Counted from the first letter of the stretch, positions 1 to 8,239 are shown. The stretch: 64,000 nucleotides of DNA from an uncultured Verrucomicrobiae bacterium (GCA_963762565.1 CAVXLD010000001.1:1158286-1222285); one strand, 5' to 3'. Notes: generated by a model from the sequence alone, not told the origin. Numbers and translations: made by a program.

Positions 1-622
1 TCTGCCACGAGCGCTCGATAAATACCCATGCGCCGATAAGACGGCGCCACCCTCCTCCGAAAAGCAGGCCAAAAGAACTCGGTAACCCAATTTCCAGGCG
101 GGCCGAAGCGGCGATCTCGGCAGAAACATAAGCAACGTAGAGCGCCAGGTCCGGATCGCTGAGCCGATCCGAATAGGCTGTACGCTGCCAAGTGTCCAGT
201 CCGCCGAACGCTTGCTCCGATGCCTTCAAAAAGTCTTCAAGTTGTTCCTCTGTCGTGACCCTGCGGATATCGACATTGCCCGCGGTCGACGCCTGCACCT
301 CATTCGCCAAATCAAAGATCATCAATGTTCCCGCAGCGTCCGGCTCGAATCCTTCCTCGGCGAGGCAACCGGAAATCTCGGCTGGAGAATCATGCTCGTA
401 GACTCTCCACATTAACTTCTCACCTCGTGATCTAAAGTGGGCAGCCTGGCTAGCCACGGCTTGGCGCACCGTACTTGGAGTTAGCTCCCAACAAGAAATG
501 AAGTTGAAATAACCCGTTAAACAGACAACGCCGTCCGCTCGCTCAACCACCAGCCCCGGTGGCGCTTTGGGGTTGGCGCGCACTTCCGCGTCATATTGGG
601 CCAGCACACGCGCGAGATCCAC
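1..622 (-). CDS. GNAT family N-acetyltransferase (partial, 3' end off window)
   Basis: Own minus-strand translation; absent from the ORF track because there is no stop in the window. Reads ...VERADGVVCLTGYFNF...MWRVYEHDSPAEISGCLAEEGFEPD...GGGVAPSYRRMGIYRALV, a GNAT acetyl-CoA motif region. Candidate GTG start at 622. Confidence 0.55.
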   Translation of the reverse strand, partial: MDLARVLAQYDAEVRANPKAPPGLVVERADGVVCLTGYFNFISCWELTPSTVRQAVASQAAHFRSRGEKLMWRVYEHDSPAEISGCLAEEGFEPDAAGTLMIFDLANEVQASTAGNVDIRRVTTEEQLEDFLKASEQAFGGLDTWQRTAYSDRLSDPDLALYVAYVSAEIAASARLEIGLPSSFGLLFGGGWRRLIGAWVFIERSWQ

Positions 623-771
623 AGTATCAGTTTACCCGACGTCAAGCTCTAGAGGAAGGGGCGCTTCACCGGGGTCGCGTCTATACCAAACCTGACTGGC
701 TTCGCTTGTCAGGGCCAGCTTGCGGCGCCCCTGTTGCTCGTTCCCATAAGGGACCGTTCACTCGTAGACCA

Positions 772-937
772 CGGTCGTGAATTGGGGACAGGTCAACGGT
801 CGTGAATTGGGGACAGGTCAATAGTCTGCAAGGACAGAGATCTGAGTAGGGACAGGTCAACTGTGTTGGTTGCCGCGTAAGCCATTACGCGTGAGCACGT
901 GCCGTCAATTGGTTCGCAAAATGGCTGACCCGTCCCC
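772..937. repeat. REP cluster: 25-bp unit CGGTCGTGAATTGGGGACAGGTCAA x2 (772-796, 797-821), REP at 849-860, degenerate inverted REP at 925-937
   Basis: Direct reading. GGGACAGGTCAA core at 784-796, 809-821 and 849-860. CTGACCCGTCCCC at 925-937 is in the opposite orientation. Confidence 0.8.
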
Positions 938-1053
938 TTTCTTCTCTGCAAAACACATTTAAACAATACGCGCTCTCACTCGAGTCCGGACGTCCGTAAA
1001 ATCCGTTCGCTAATTAATTACCGGCCACGCCGGGCGCCGGCCTAATGACTCAC

Positions 1054-1182
1054 CTATCGCCGGCGCTTCCGAGATCCGCGAGAGCCTTTTGCGATGGCCC
1101 GAAATGCCAAGATTGACGCAAGTAACGCCACCACGATCAGGGCACACAACAAGAGTGCCGATGACGCTTGGTCTCCGAGCAT
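1054..1182 (-). CDS. Possible 42-aa small membrane peptide (hydrophobic helix plus Arg-rich tail)
   Basis: Own translation: MLGDQASSALLLCALIVVALLASILAFRAIAKGSRGSRKRRR. Too short for the ORF track. Lies between REP clusters. No RBS verified. Confidence 0.2.
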   Translation of the reverse strand: MLGDQASSALLLCALIVVALLASILAFRAIAKGSRGSRKRRR

Positions 1183-1246
1183 CTGCGCGAAGTTTGATTC
1201 CATAGAGTGACACTCAGTAAAGCGGTTTTCCAGGGACCGTAAGAAA

Positions 1247-2631
1247 GGGACAGGTCAACTGTGCCCGTTATCGTGCAGGCAAGTACAGTAGGGTGCCTGT
1301 CGCAATAGAGGCTGAATTAGGGACAGGTCAATAATCATGACTAACCGCAAAGGAAACCAAACAAGGTGCGGATCAATAGAAGATAACAGGCAGCGCTTTT
1401 GCCGGGGACCCTTCGGAAAGCTTTAAAACGGGGGAAAGCGTTCGAGGCCGTGCCCGCGGACGTGGCTCGACCTGCGCGAAGGCTAAAATGCTAGGCTAGC
1501 TGACCGGCCGGAGACGGAGATTGCGGAGCACCCAGATCTGGTCATCGGCTATGACGGGCAGCCGGTAGCCACGACCGGATTGGGTAGGAGCGACGATTTG
1601 TCTGCAACGGGCGAATTGTTCTTGCACAAATCCCCGGCTACCGAGGATTCCGCCATCGGTAAAATAGCGTATGCGGCAGCGCAGAAGGTCCGCCAGTGGG
1701 ATCTCGCCTTGCTGCTGCTGGAGTACTTTCTGGGCAAGGTCCCCTTCAATGGTCGCACCCACTTTGGAAGCAGCCGTTCCGGTTCGAAAAAGCAGCTTGC
1801 GATATTCCCGGCGCGCATCCTTCCAATTGCTCTCTGTGCCTAGGCCTAATGTCTCCTGAATCCCCAGTTTGGCGTGGGCCGAGTCCTTAGCGATCGCCTC
1901 GGCGTAGCCACAATAGCGGTAGTCTTTCGGATCTTCGCATAGCCCAGCCCTAAGCGGATTTAAATCGATATAGGCAGCTACCGCACTTAAAGCTTGGCCC
2001 TCCTCGATTAATACACTCTTAAAGCGCTCCGCCCACAGAACCCCGTATCGGTGATGGCGTCGATTGTACCACTGTGCAAAGCGGCCCTTGAGCTCCTTCA
2101 TGTAAATCGATACGTCAAAGAGCCTGCTCAAGTGATGCTCCCTGAGCTGTTGCGCCTGATCGCTCAAGCTTGCTTCTTTGGCGTAGGCGGCTAGTTGCTG
2201 AGCCACTTGAGTGCGCCGCTCTGGCCCGTAGCCAAGCTCGATACAATCCAGCAACTCCTGGTCGGAAAGTGTTCGTCGTTCCGGCACCTTGCACAAGATA
2301 TGAAAATGGTTGGCCATCAAAGCATAGGTTAGCACTTGCACGCAGCAGGCCTCCTCCAGCCGCCGCATCAGGTGAACGAAGTGCTCGGCTTCAATCGAAC
2401 CAGGGCTTTGGGTCCGAAACAGAAATCGCCCATCGACCACTCGTGACATGCAGTGGTAGAAGGTCTGTCCTTGTCCTTTGATTCGTGGCTGTCGCATTGG
2501 TGCTCAGCCCACATTCATAACACAAATCATTGCTGTATCAATATTTTCTCTTTGATAACCGAGTGGGCGACCCCCGGGGTAGCCCTCATATCCTTCGGTC
2601 CGCCCCCCGTCTTGAATAATTGACCTGTCCC
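1247..2631 (-). mobile_element. RAYT gene with flanking REPs (1247-1258 and 1320-1331 in one orientation, 2620-2631 inverted)
   Basis: GGGACAGGTCAA at 1247 and 1320. TTGACCTGTCCC at 2620. These bracket ORF 1496-2497. Confidence 0.75.
1496..2497 (-). CDS. REP-associated tyrosine transposase (RAYT), IS200/IS605 TnpA-like Y1 transposase
   Basis: 333-aa ORF. HUH-type motif in LMANHFHILCKV. C-terminal AAYIDLNPLRAGL with the catalytic-Tyr region typical of Y1 transposases. Flanked by inverted REPs. Confidence 0.8.
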   Translation of the reverse strand: MRQPRIKGQGQTFYHCMSRVVDGRFLFRTQSPGSIEAEHFVHLMRRLEEACCVQVLTYALMANHFHILCKVPERRTLSDQELLDCIELGYGPERRTQVAQQLAAYAKEASLSDQAQQLREHHLSRLFDVSIYMKELKGRFAQWYNRRHHRYGVLWAERFKSVLIEEGQALSAVAAYIDLNPLRAGLCEDPKDYRYCGYAEAIAKDSAHAKLGIQETLGLGTESNWKDARREYRKLLFRTGTAASKVGATIEGDLAQKVLQQQQGEIPLADLLRCRIRYFTDGGILGSRGFVQEQFARCRQIVAPTQSGRGYRLPVIADDQIWVLRNLRLRPVS

Positions 2632-2710
2632 TGTCTTGGTCTTGGTACTTCCGCGAGATTTAGCCGCGTAACGAGCGTGTTAGGATGCTCGGAACCGAGC
2701 ACTTTTTCTT

Positions 2711-4434
2711 CTAACTCCAACACCGATCGATACTCCGTTTCGTTTCGGCGTCCGCATATTTGCCTTGATGCAAAAGCGCGTTCCCCAGGTCGCTGCGGCT
2801 CCCTAACGTGTCCGGATTTTCCGGGCCCTTAACCTTTCCTTTCAACCTGACCACGGTGCGGTACTCCGTCTCGGCTTCGACATACTTGCCTTCACTATCG
2901 AGAGTGTCAGCCAGGCCGCTGCGCGTTGTCAGCGTGCTCGGATCCTCCGGGCCAAGCACCTTTTCTTTGAGCCGCAGCAGCTCACGATACTCGGGTTCGG
3001 CATCGGCATACTTAGCTTGGTAGTCAAGGGCAAGCGCTAGATTGTTGCGCGTCTTCAATGTGTCCGGATGTTCGGGGCCAAGGATTTTCTCTCTGAGCTG
3101 AAGCACCGCCCGATACTCCGTCTCGGCTTGGTCATACTTCCCTTGAAAGAAAAGCGCGGCTGCCAAGTAGTGTCGCGTTGTCATGGTGTCAGGGTGCTCT
3201 GGGCCGAGGATGCGTTCCTGTTCGGCTAATACATCGCGCAAAACCCGCTCGGCGTCGTTGTACCGGCCTTGATCGTGGAGAACCCAGGCGATAGCGAACT
3301 GGACCCGCGCCCACTGGGCCGGATCCCGGGTTTGGTCGGTGAGTTTCTCAGCATCACCGAGTCGCTTCAGAGCATCGGCGTATTCGACGCGTTTCTCGGC
3401 CGACCAGGCAGCCAGCTCAAACGCTTTGACCGCCTCGACGTTCTTTGGCGGCCCGGCGCGCTGCGCTTCGTCGGCGGCAGCGAGTGCTAGGCGCTCCGCT
3501 TCATTGTAATCCTTCGCCACATAAGCCGCGTTCGCCCTCTCGTAGGCTGTGGCATTTGGAGCCTTCTTCAGTTCTTCAGCGAACCGGGGGAGCTGTTCCT
3601 TTAAGGTCGCGGCGTCAATCCCGAGGTTTTTGGCGAGTGCCGCGTAGGTGCGCTCATCAATCTCTGCCGGTTTCTGGCCCGGCCTCTCCTGGCGCACTTT
3701 GTCCTGCACCTCGGCATATGAATTGACACCCTGCAGCAGTTTTTCGACAGTTTCCTTGAGCGCTTGAAGCTGCTGATTAGTTTGGCGCTGCTGTTCGCTT
3801 GAGTGCTGCTGACCCTGCAATAGCCAAATACACAGGGTTACAGTCAAGATCATCAGCGCAGCAACCGACACGGCCCAACGCTTTACTCCTCGTCGGAGTT
3901 GGATGAGATCAGCCCGAAGCTTCAGCACGCTGGCTTCCAGCCCCTCGTTGCTGCTCAAGGGATGGTAAACGTGGCTATCCGCTTTAACGCGGGCGCGATA
4001 AGCGGCCTGAAGTTCACATTTTTCCGGGTCTTCGCCCTCGTGTGGATCAGCAGGAAAAGTCTCGTCCAGGAAGAGGTACCAGACCTTTTTCCCCTTAATC
4101 TTAGCATAGAGCGCTTCGTATTGAGTGTAACTGGCGCGGCCGAAAGTCTCATCCGGTGCGGGCGGTTCTGCTCCGTAGCAGTTACCGACCAGTTGCACCC
4201 TCCATTGCTGGCCTCGACCCTTCGTCGCAGCATCGCGCGAAGGTCCCCTTCTTCGATGCCGAAGATATCCTGCCAATCCGGCTCGTACCCAAGGAATATC
4301 AGTGTGTTGGCTACGAGCTGGCGCGCGCTCTTGAGTTCGCGGCTGACAGCCGAGATGAAGATGGCGGGACGCGGAGACATCAGAGTTTCAATGGGGGATG
4401 GCAAGGCTAACACCGAGGCCGGGTGAGGCGCCAT
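2711..4434 (-). pseudogene. TIR-like (DUF4062-type) N-domain + coiled coil + 1 TM + KLC-type TPR repeats; disrupted in this assembly
   Basis: The N-terminal frame (3955-4434) reads AIFISAVSRELKSARQLVANTLIFLGYEPDWQDIF...LRAMLRRRVEAS. It continues in the 2711-4276 frame as VQLVGNCYGAEPP...YTQYEALYAKIKGKKVWYLFLDE. The frame change is at the C-run 4198-4200. TM segment WAVSVAALMILTVTLCIWLL. About five repeats of GPEHPDTLxTRxNLAxAL..QGKYxxAE. Confidence 0.7.
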
Positions 4435-4495
4435 CTAATTCCCCCCAGGGGTCACGATTATAGAGCGTGTTGCCCAAATCGATTCGCACAATAAG

Positions 4496-4656
4496 GAAAG
4501 ATCACAAGACCACAAAGGTAACCCTGTCGCACCTCGCTGCGGGCAAGTTAGTAAAAGTTGTACAGTCGCTTCGAGAGTGCCTGCTACACTCGCCTCCTCT
4601 AAGTCAGTAGAACACCAACCTCTTCTGTCTTTGTGACCTTTTCGTATTGTGATTTG
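4496..4656. repeat. Word-hairpin element (arms GATCACAAGACCACAAAGG / CTTCTGTCTTTGTGACC)
   Basis: Inverted purine-rich and pyrimidine-rich arms around a spacer of about 100 bp, read directly. Confidence 0.6.
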
Positions 4657-4718
4657 AGGTTCTAAAAGCGGGAAGAGTCACGTTTCTAACAGCCACGATA
4701 GCGGCAAAACAGGTATTT

Positions 4719-4867
4719 CACAGAAGATCACAAAGAACAGATACTTTGAACAGGAGGTAAGGGAGGAAACAGAGATAGAAGGTCGAGCTTAGCGCCAAGT
4801 AACCCTCCGTTGCCTCTGTTATCTCCTGTTTAAAATCCGTCTTTGTGGCCTTCGTGACCTTCTGTGG
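4719..4867. repeat. About 150-bp word-hairpin element, same family as 20250-20409
   Basis: Left arm CACAGAAGATCACAAAGAACAG..TTGAACAGGAGG..AACAGAG. Right arm CTCTGTTATCTCCTGTTTAAA..GTCTTTGTGGCCTTCGTGACCTTCTGTGG. The loop contains AACCCTCCGTT in both family members. Confidence 0.8.
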
Positions 4868-4984
4868 ATGATTTCTTTTTTGCGGTCGTTGGTCACTCTT
4901 CTCATTCTCTGTCTTACCCTTGCGACTCTGCGAGATTTTTTTCTTCTTGGTTGCAGCTTACCCATACTAGGATCCGCCGCGGCT

Positions 4985-5476
4985 ATGAAGACATTGTTCA
5001 GGATTGCTTTGTTGGTTCAACTGGTCAGCGGTGTCGGCACCACGTGCAAAGCGGCGGATAACGCCGACGCTGAATTGATGCGGGCTGCAACCGAATTGGC
5101 TCGACAATATGACGCTCGTTACGCTGCCCGGGATTCCGCCGGCATGGCGGCACTTTACGCCGCGGACGGGAGGTTAGTGTCACCTGAGGGTCCGACCCTG
5201 CACGGCCGAGTAGCGCTCACCGCTTACTAGAGCAAACGTTTCGCTACCGGATTCAGAGGCTACGTCACCAAAGTCGTGGAAGTCCATGCGCAAGGAAACA
5301 GCGGCTACGGCATCTCCGAATTCGCTGTCAGCACTCCCATTGTAAATCGCCAAACGCACCAACTGCATGGAACCATGGTCTCGGTCTACCAACATGATGC
5401 CGACGGTTGGCACTTTAGCTTGGTGGTTCACAGCGTCCCGGGAAGTAGGAGGGGAGACTTGGTCGGTCAAATGTGA
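4985..5476 (+). pseudogene. Secreted DUF4440/SnoaL-like (NTF2 fold) protein with in-frame TAG at 5228-5230
   Basis: ORFs 4868-5230 and 5276-5476 share one frame, with no other stop between them. Signal peptide MKTLFRIALLVQLVSGVGTTCKA starts at 4985. The C-terminal half TMVSVYQHDADGWHFSLVVHS is typical of DUF4440. Confidence 0.55.
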
Positions 5477-5512
5477 AGGCGAAAAGGGGTGAACCCCCTC
5501 GCCTTAGGCTCG

Positions 5513-5615
5513 GAATGACAAATCACAAATGACAAATGACAAACGAAGGCACTCCGCGGATGACGCCCGTCGTGAATTTCGTGAATCTGTCATCTCGTTC
5601 GTCCATCTGCGGTTG
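5513..5615. repeat. Word-hairpin (heptamers GACAAAT/CACAAAT vs GTGAATTTCGTGAATCTGTCATC...CATCTGCGGTTG)
   Basis: Direct reading. Confidence 0.6.
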
Positions 5616-5739
5616 GGTTTTGCGCCTTTAGTACGTAATTCTACGCATTGTCCCGAACCCGTTCTGTGCCAGGTTGGCTGAAAACAAGCTTCGGAAACCT
5701 CGCTTCCGTTGTAACCAGTAATTCAAGCCATATATATGC

Positions 5740-6240
5740 CTGCTACAATTAGCCCTTGGTTCAACAGGGGACGATGTTAAGCGTCTCCAGCGGGTTCTCG
5801 CGCGACATTTGCTCTGGAATCCATTCGGTCCTATAACGGGAGTGTTCGATGCGAGCCTCGAGACCTCTGTAAAGTCTTTTCAACAGGCAAATGGATTGGT
5901 AGCCGATGGGGTTGTTGGTCCGACAACCTGGGCGAAATTGCCCAGCTATCGCGAAGCATCACCAGAGTTGAAAGAAGGATGGAAGGGACCGGCTGTAGCT
6001 TGGCTGCAAAAGGTGTTGGCCGGGCAGGATTTTGTGATCAATTTTACCCCGTATAACGGTGCCATCGACGGCATCTTCGGTCCGAAAACTGACGCCGCCG
6101 TACGCGCATTACAAACCTGGGCCGGCCTGCCTCCAAACGGCGTTTTGGACGACAACACCTGGTTCACCTGGATGGAACCCGGCTCCGCTTCGCAATTAAC
6201 CCTCGAAGCAGCCTCCAATCTCACCGATGGCTTGTTGTAA
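5740..6240 (+). CDS. Protein with two peptidoglycan-binding (PG_binding_1-like) domains
   Basis: GDDVKRLQRVL...LVADGVVGPTTWAKL and GPAVAWLQKVL...IDGIFGPKTDAAVRALQ. The first domain begins upstream of the track's TTG at 5809. That frame is open from 5722 with no ATG/GTG, so the start is uncertain (CTG at 5740?). Confidence 0.65.
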   Translation: MLQLALGSTGDDVKRLQRVLARHLLWNPFGPITGVFDASLETSVKSFQQANGLVADGVVGPTTWAKLPSYREASPELKEGWKGPAVAWLQKVLAGQDFVINFTPYNGAIDGIFGPKTDAAVRALQTWAGLPPNGVLDDNTWFTWMEPGSASQLTLEAASNLTDGLL

Positions 6241-6380
6241 TCCCAACCCGCTGGTTACAACTCTCGGTTTGGGAATCTAAAATAGGAACAGGTCACAGCT
6301 CCTGCATCGCGGTGGCCGGTGCACGCGGAAAGATTTGCAAAAATCAGAAGTCTTTTGCGTCAGGTTGATAGAGACGCCAG

Positions 6381-6698
6381 ATGATCTTCTACCATAGGAC
6401 GAACGCTGCAAAAACCATCTTGCGCTACGGATTTAGAGACGCAGAACGATTTCGCGGTTTCGAAAGCCCAGTTCTCCGGGGAGTCTTCATTTCTGACGTT
6501 CCGCTCGCGTGCATGGAAGAAGAAAAAGGGAGCCAAGTTCTGAAAATCACGCTCCCTGACGATTTTGACATCTCCGATTACGAATTGATCGAGAAGAGCA
6601 AACATTACCGAGAGTGGTGCATACCGTCGGAACTGATTAACCTACTCGGCCAGGTCGAACTCCCGGAAGGAGAAGCTGAATTGGGGACAGGTCAATAA
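6381..6698 (+). CDS. Orphan 105-aa protein inside a REP-bounded insertion; weak ART-like motif order
   Basis: ORF MIFYHRTNAAKTILRYGFRD...RGVFISDVP...DYELIE. The last 8 codons and the stop are supplied by the REP at 6683-6695. Confidence 0.4.
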   Translation: MIFYHRTNAAKTILRYGFRDAERFRGFESPVLRGVFISDVPLACMEEEKGSQVLKITLPDDFDISDYELIEKSKHYREWCIPSELINLLGQVELPEGEAELGTGQ

Positions 6699-6791
6699 TC
6701 GCCAACTGTCTGGCTACCGGTCGTATTTCCAATGAAACAATTGACCTGTCCCTCGCCCTGGATTCAATTGACCTGTCCCTCGCCCTGGATT
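6683..6791. repeat. REP doublet/triplet: REP(+) at 6683-6695, then the 27-bp unit CAATTGACCTGTCCCTCGCCCTGGATT x2 (6738-6764, 6765-6791) carrying inverted REPs
   Basis: Direct reading. The opposite orientations could form a REPIN-like hairpin. Confidence 0.8.
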
Positions 6792-6793
6792 CA

Positions 6794-6920
6794 GACCTGG
6801 ACCGGCCTGCCTCCAAACGGCGTTTTGGACGACAACACCTGGTTCACCTGGATGGAACCCGGCTCCGCTTCGCAATTGACCCTCGAAGCGGCATCCAATC
6901 TCACCGATGGCTTGTTGTAA
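6794..6920 (+). repeat. Duplicate of the last 127 bp (including the stop) of the PG-binding gene (6114-6240)
   Basis: Offset is 680 bp, with 4 mismatches by eye. Both encode LPPNGVLDDNTWFTWMEPGSASQLTLEAASNLTDGLL*. Confidence 0.85.
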
Positions 6921-6924
6921 GCTC

Positions 6925-7152
6925 AATCCGTTCGGCGTTCGGCGTTTGGCGTTTGGCGTTGGTCGGCGGTCGGCGGTCGGCGGTCGTTGCTTAGGACCGT
7001 CAGTTAGGGATAGGTGGACTGGGGCTTTTAATCGTGCTCGTGCTCGGGATTTGGAAGGCGAGGCGTGGGCGTATGGGCGTATGGGCGTATGGGCGATGCG
7101 GCGAATTGCTCAGCGTTTCGCCAATTTGCTATCTGCTATTTGCTATTTGTAG
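6925..7152. repeat. Short tandem repeat arrays (TTCGGCG/TTTGGCG/GTCGGCG 7-mers; GCGTATGG 8-mers; CTATTTG 7-mers)
   Basis: Direct reading of 6930-6988, 7063-7095 and 7121-7152. Confidence 0.8.
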
Positions 7153-7229
7153 TCGCGAACGAGCCTCGGGCGAGTTCGTGCTACCGGCCTCACTTGCGCC
7201 TTCAAGAGAACCCGTTTAGGAAGGGAGCC

Positions 7230-8219
7230 ATGGATACCAGAACTGGCGTGACTCGGCGAGAGTTCCTGCGGAGTTCTTTGATCACTGCGGCGGGTCTGGC
7301 GACGGGCGTCTCCGGCGCTACCCTCTCTTCACCGCCGACTTTATCGGAATCACTGCGCCTCGTCTTCGCTACTGATACCCATCTGATGCAGAACAATGGC
7401 TTACGTTCGGCAGAAGGACTGGCTGCAGCGGTAGAGGCAATCAAAGAGTTGCGACCACGACCAGATCTGATCGTTTGCGGCGGCGATCTCACTCATCCCT
7501 GGCCAAACCTCGATTATCCCGCCGCGAACAAACTGCTGGATCGTTTCCTTGGCATTTGGGCACCGCTGCATTCGATCGAGACCCATTACGTTTTCGGAAA
7601 TCACGACTTCGTTGGCACGCTGAACCCGCGTGTTTCTCGACACGATCCGCGCTTCGGTAAGGGGCTGTTTGAGAAGCGCCTCGATCTCCCCAGGCTGTAT
7701 TACTCATTCGAAAAACGAGGCTGGCGTTTCATAATCCTCGACGATGTCTGGCCGAATCTGGACGGCAGCTACTACGGACAGTACAAGGCGGACCAGCTCG
7801 ACTTCGTCCAAAGCGAATTAAAAGCCCACAAGGAAAAACCAACCGTCATCGCCAGCCATATCCCAGCGGTTTCCAATTTCGGGACATTGCTCGGATTCGC
7901 CAGATCTATTCAGACCAATTTCAAGCATCGGCCTTCGCTGATTTCGAGAAACGGCAAGACGCTAGTCAATATCATTCGCCAGTCCGGAGCTAACGTAAAG
8001 CTGGTGCTTGCCGGGCATCTTCACCATCAAGAGAGGATGGAGGCCGATGGCGTTAGCTACCTCAACGGGGGCGCGATTTGTGGTAACTGGTGGAAAGGAT
8101 CGATGATGGGCTGTCCGGAAGGATTCAATGTGATCGATCTGCACCCAGATGGTTCATTCGCGATCGCTTATAAGACGTTTGGTTGGGCTTGGGACAGGTC
8201 AACTGTTTCGGTTCACTGA
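7230..8219 (+). CDS. Tat-signal metallophosphoesterase (calcineurin-like)
   Basis: ATG at 7230 preceded by AGGAAGGGAG. Twin-arginine motif TRREFLRSSLITAAGLATG. Motifs FATDTHL, GGDLTH, GNHDF, GHLHH. The last 9 codons overlap the REP at 8191-8202. Confidence 0.8.
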   Translation: MDTRTGVTRREFLRSSLITAAGLATGVSGATLSSPPTLSESLRLVFATDTHLMQNNGLRSAEGLAAAVEAIKELRPRPDLIVCGGDLTHPWPNLDYPAANKLLDRFLGIWAPLHSIETHYVFGNHDFVGTLNPRVSRHDPRFGKGLFEKRLDLPRLYYSFEKRGWRFIILDDVWPNLDGSYYGQYKADQLDFVQSELKAHKEKPTVIASHIPAVSNFGTLLGFARSIQTNFKHRPSLISRNGKTLVNIIRQSGANVKLVLAGHLHHQERMEADGVSYLNGGAICGNWWKGSMMGCPEGFNVIDLHPDGSFAIAYKTFGWAWDRSTVSVH

Positions 8220-8239
8220 TTAGCAGCCGATCCTCAGCG

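Noticed and set aside
772-821. Tandem 25-bp repeats (also 27-bp repeats at 6738-6791) as a possible CRISPR array
   Set aside because: There are only two adjacent copies with no spacers. The repeat core is the GGGACAGGTCAA REP, and no cas genes are present.
1010-1213. 67-aa track ORF between REP clusters
   Set aside because: The sequence is unremarkable. An alternative 42-aa frame on the same strand is more protein-like, and neither is supported strongly.
5228-5230. In-frame TAG as pyrrolysine or programmed recoding
   Set aside because: No pyl genes or recoding signals are visible in the window. A nonsense mutation or base-call error is far more likely.
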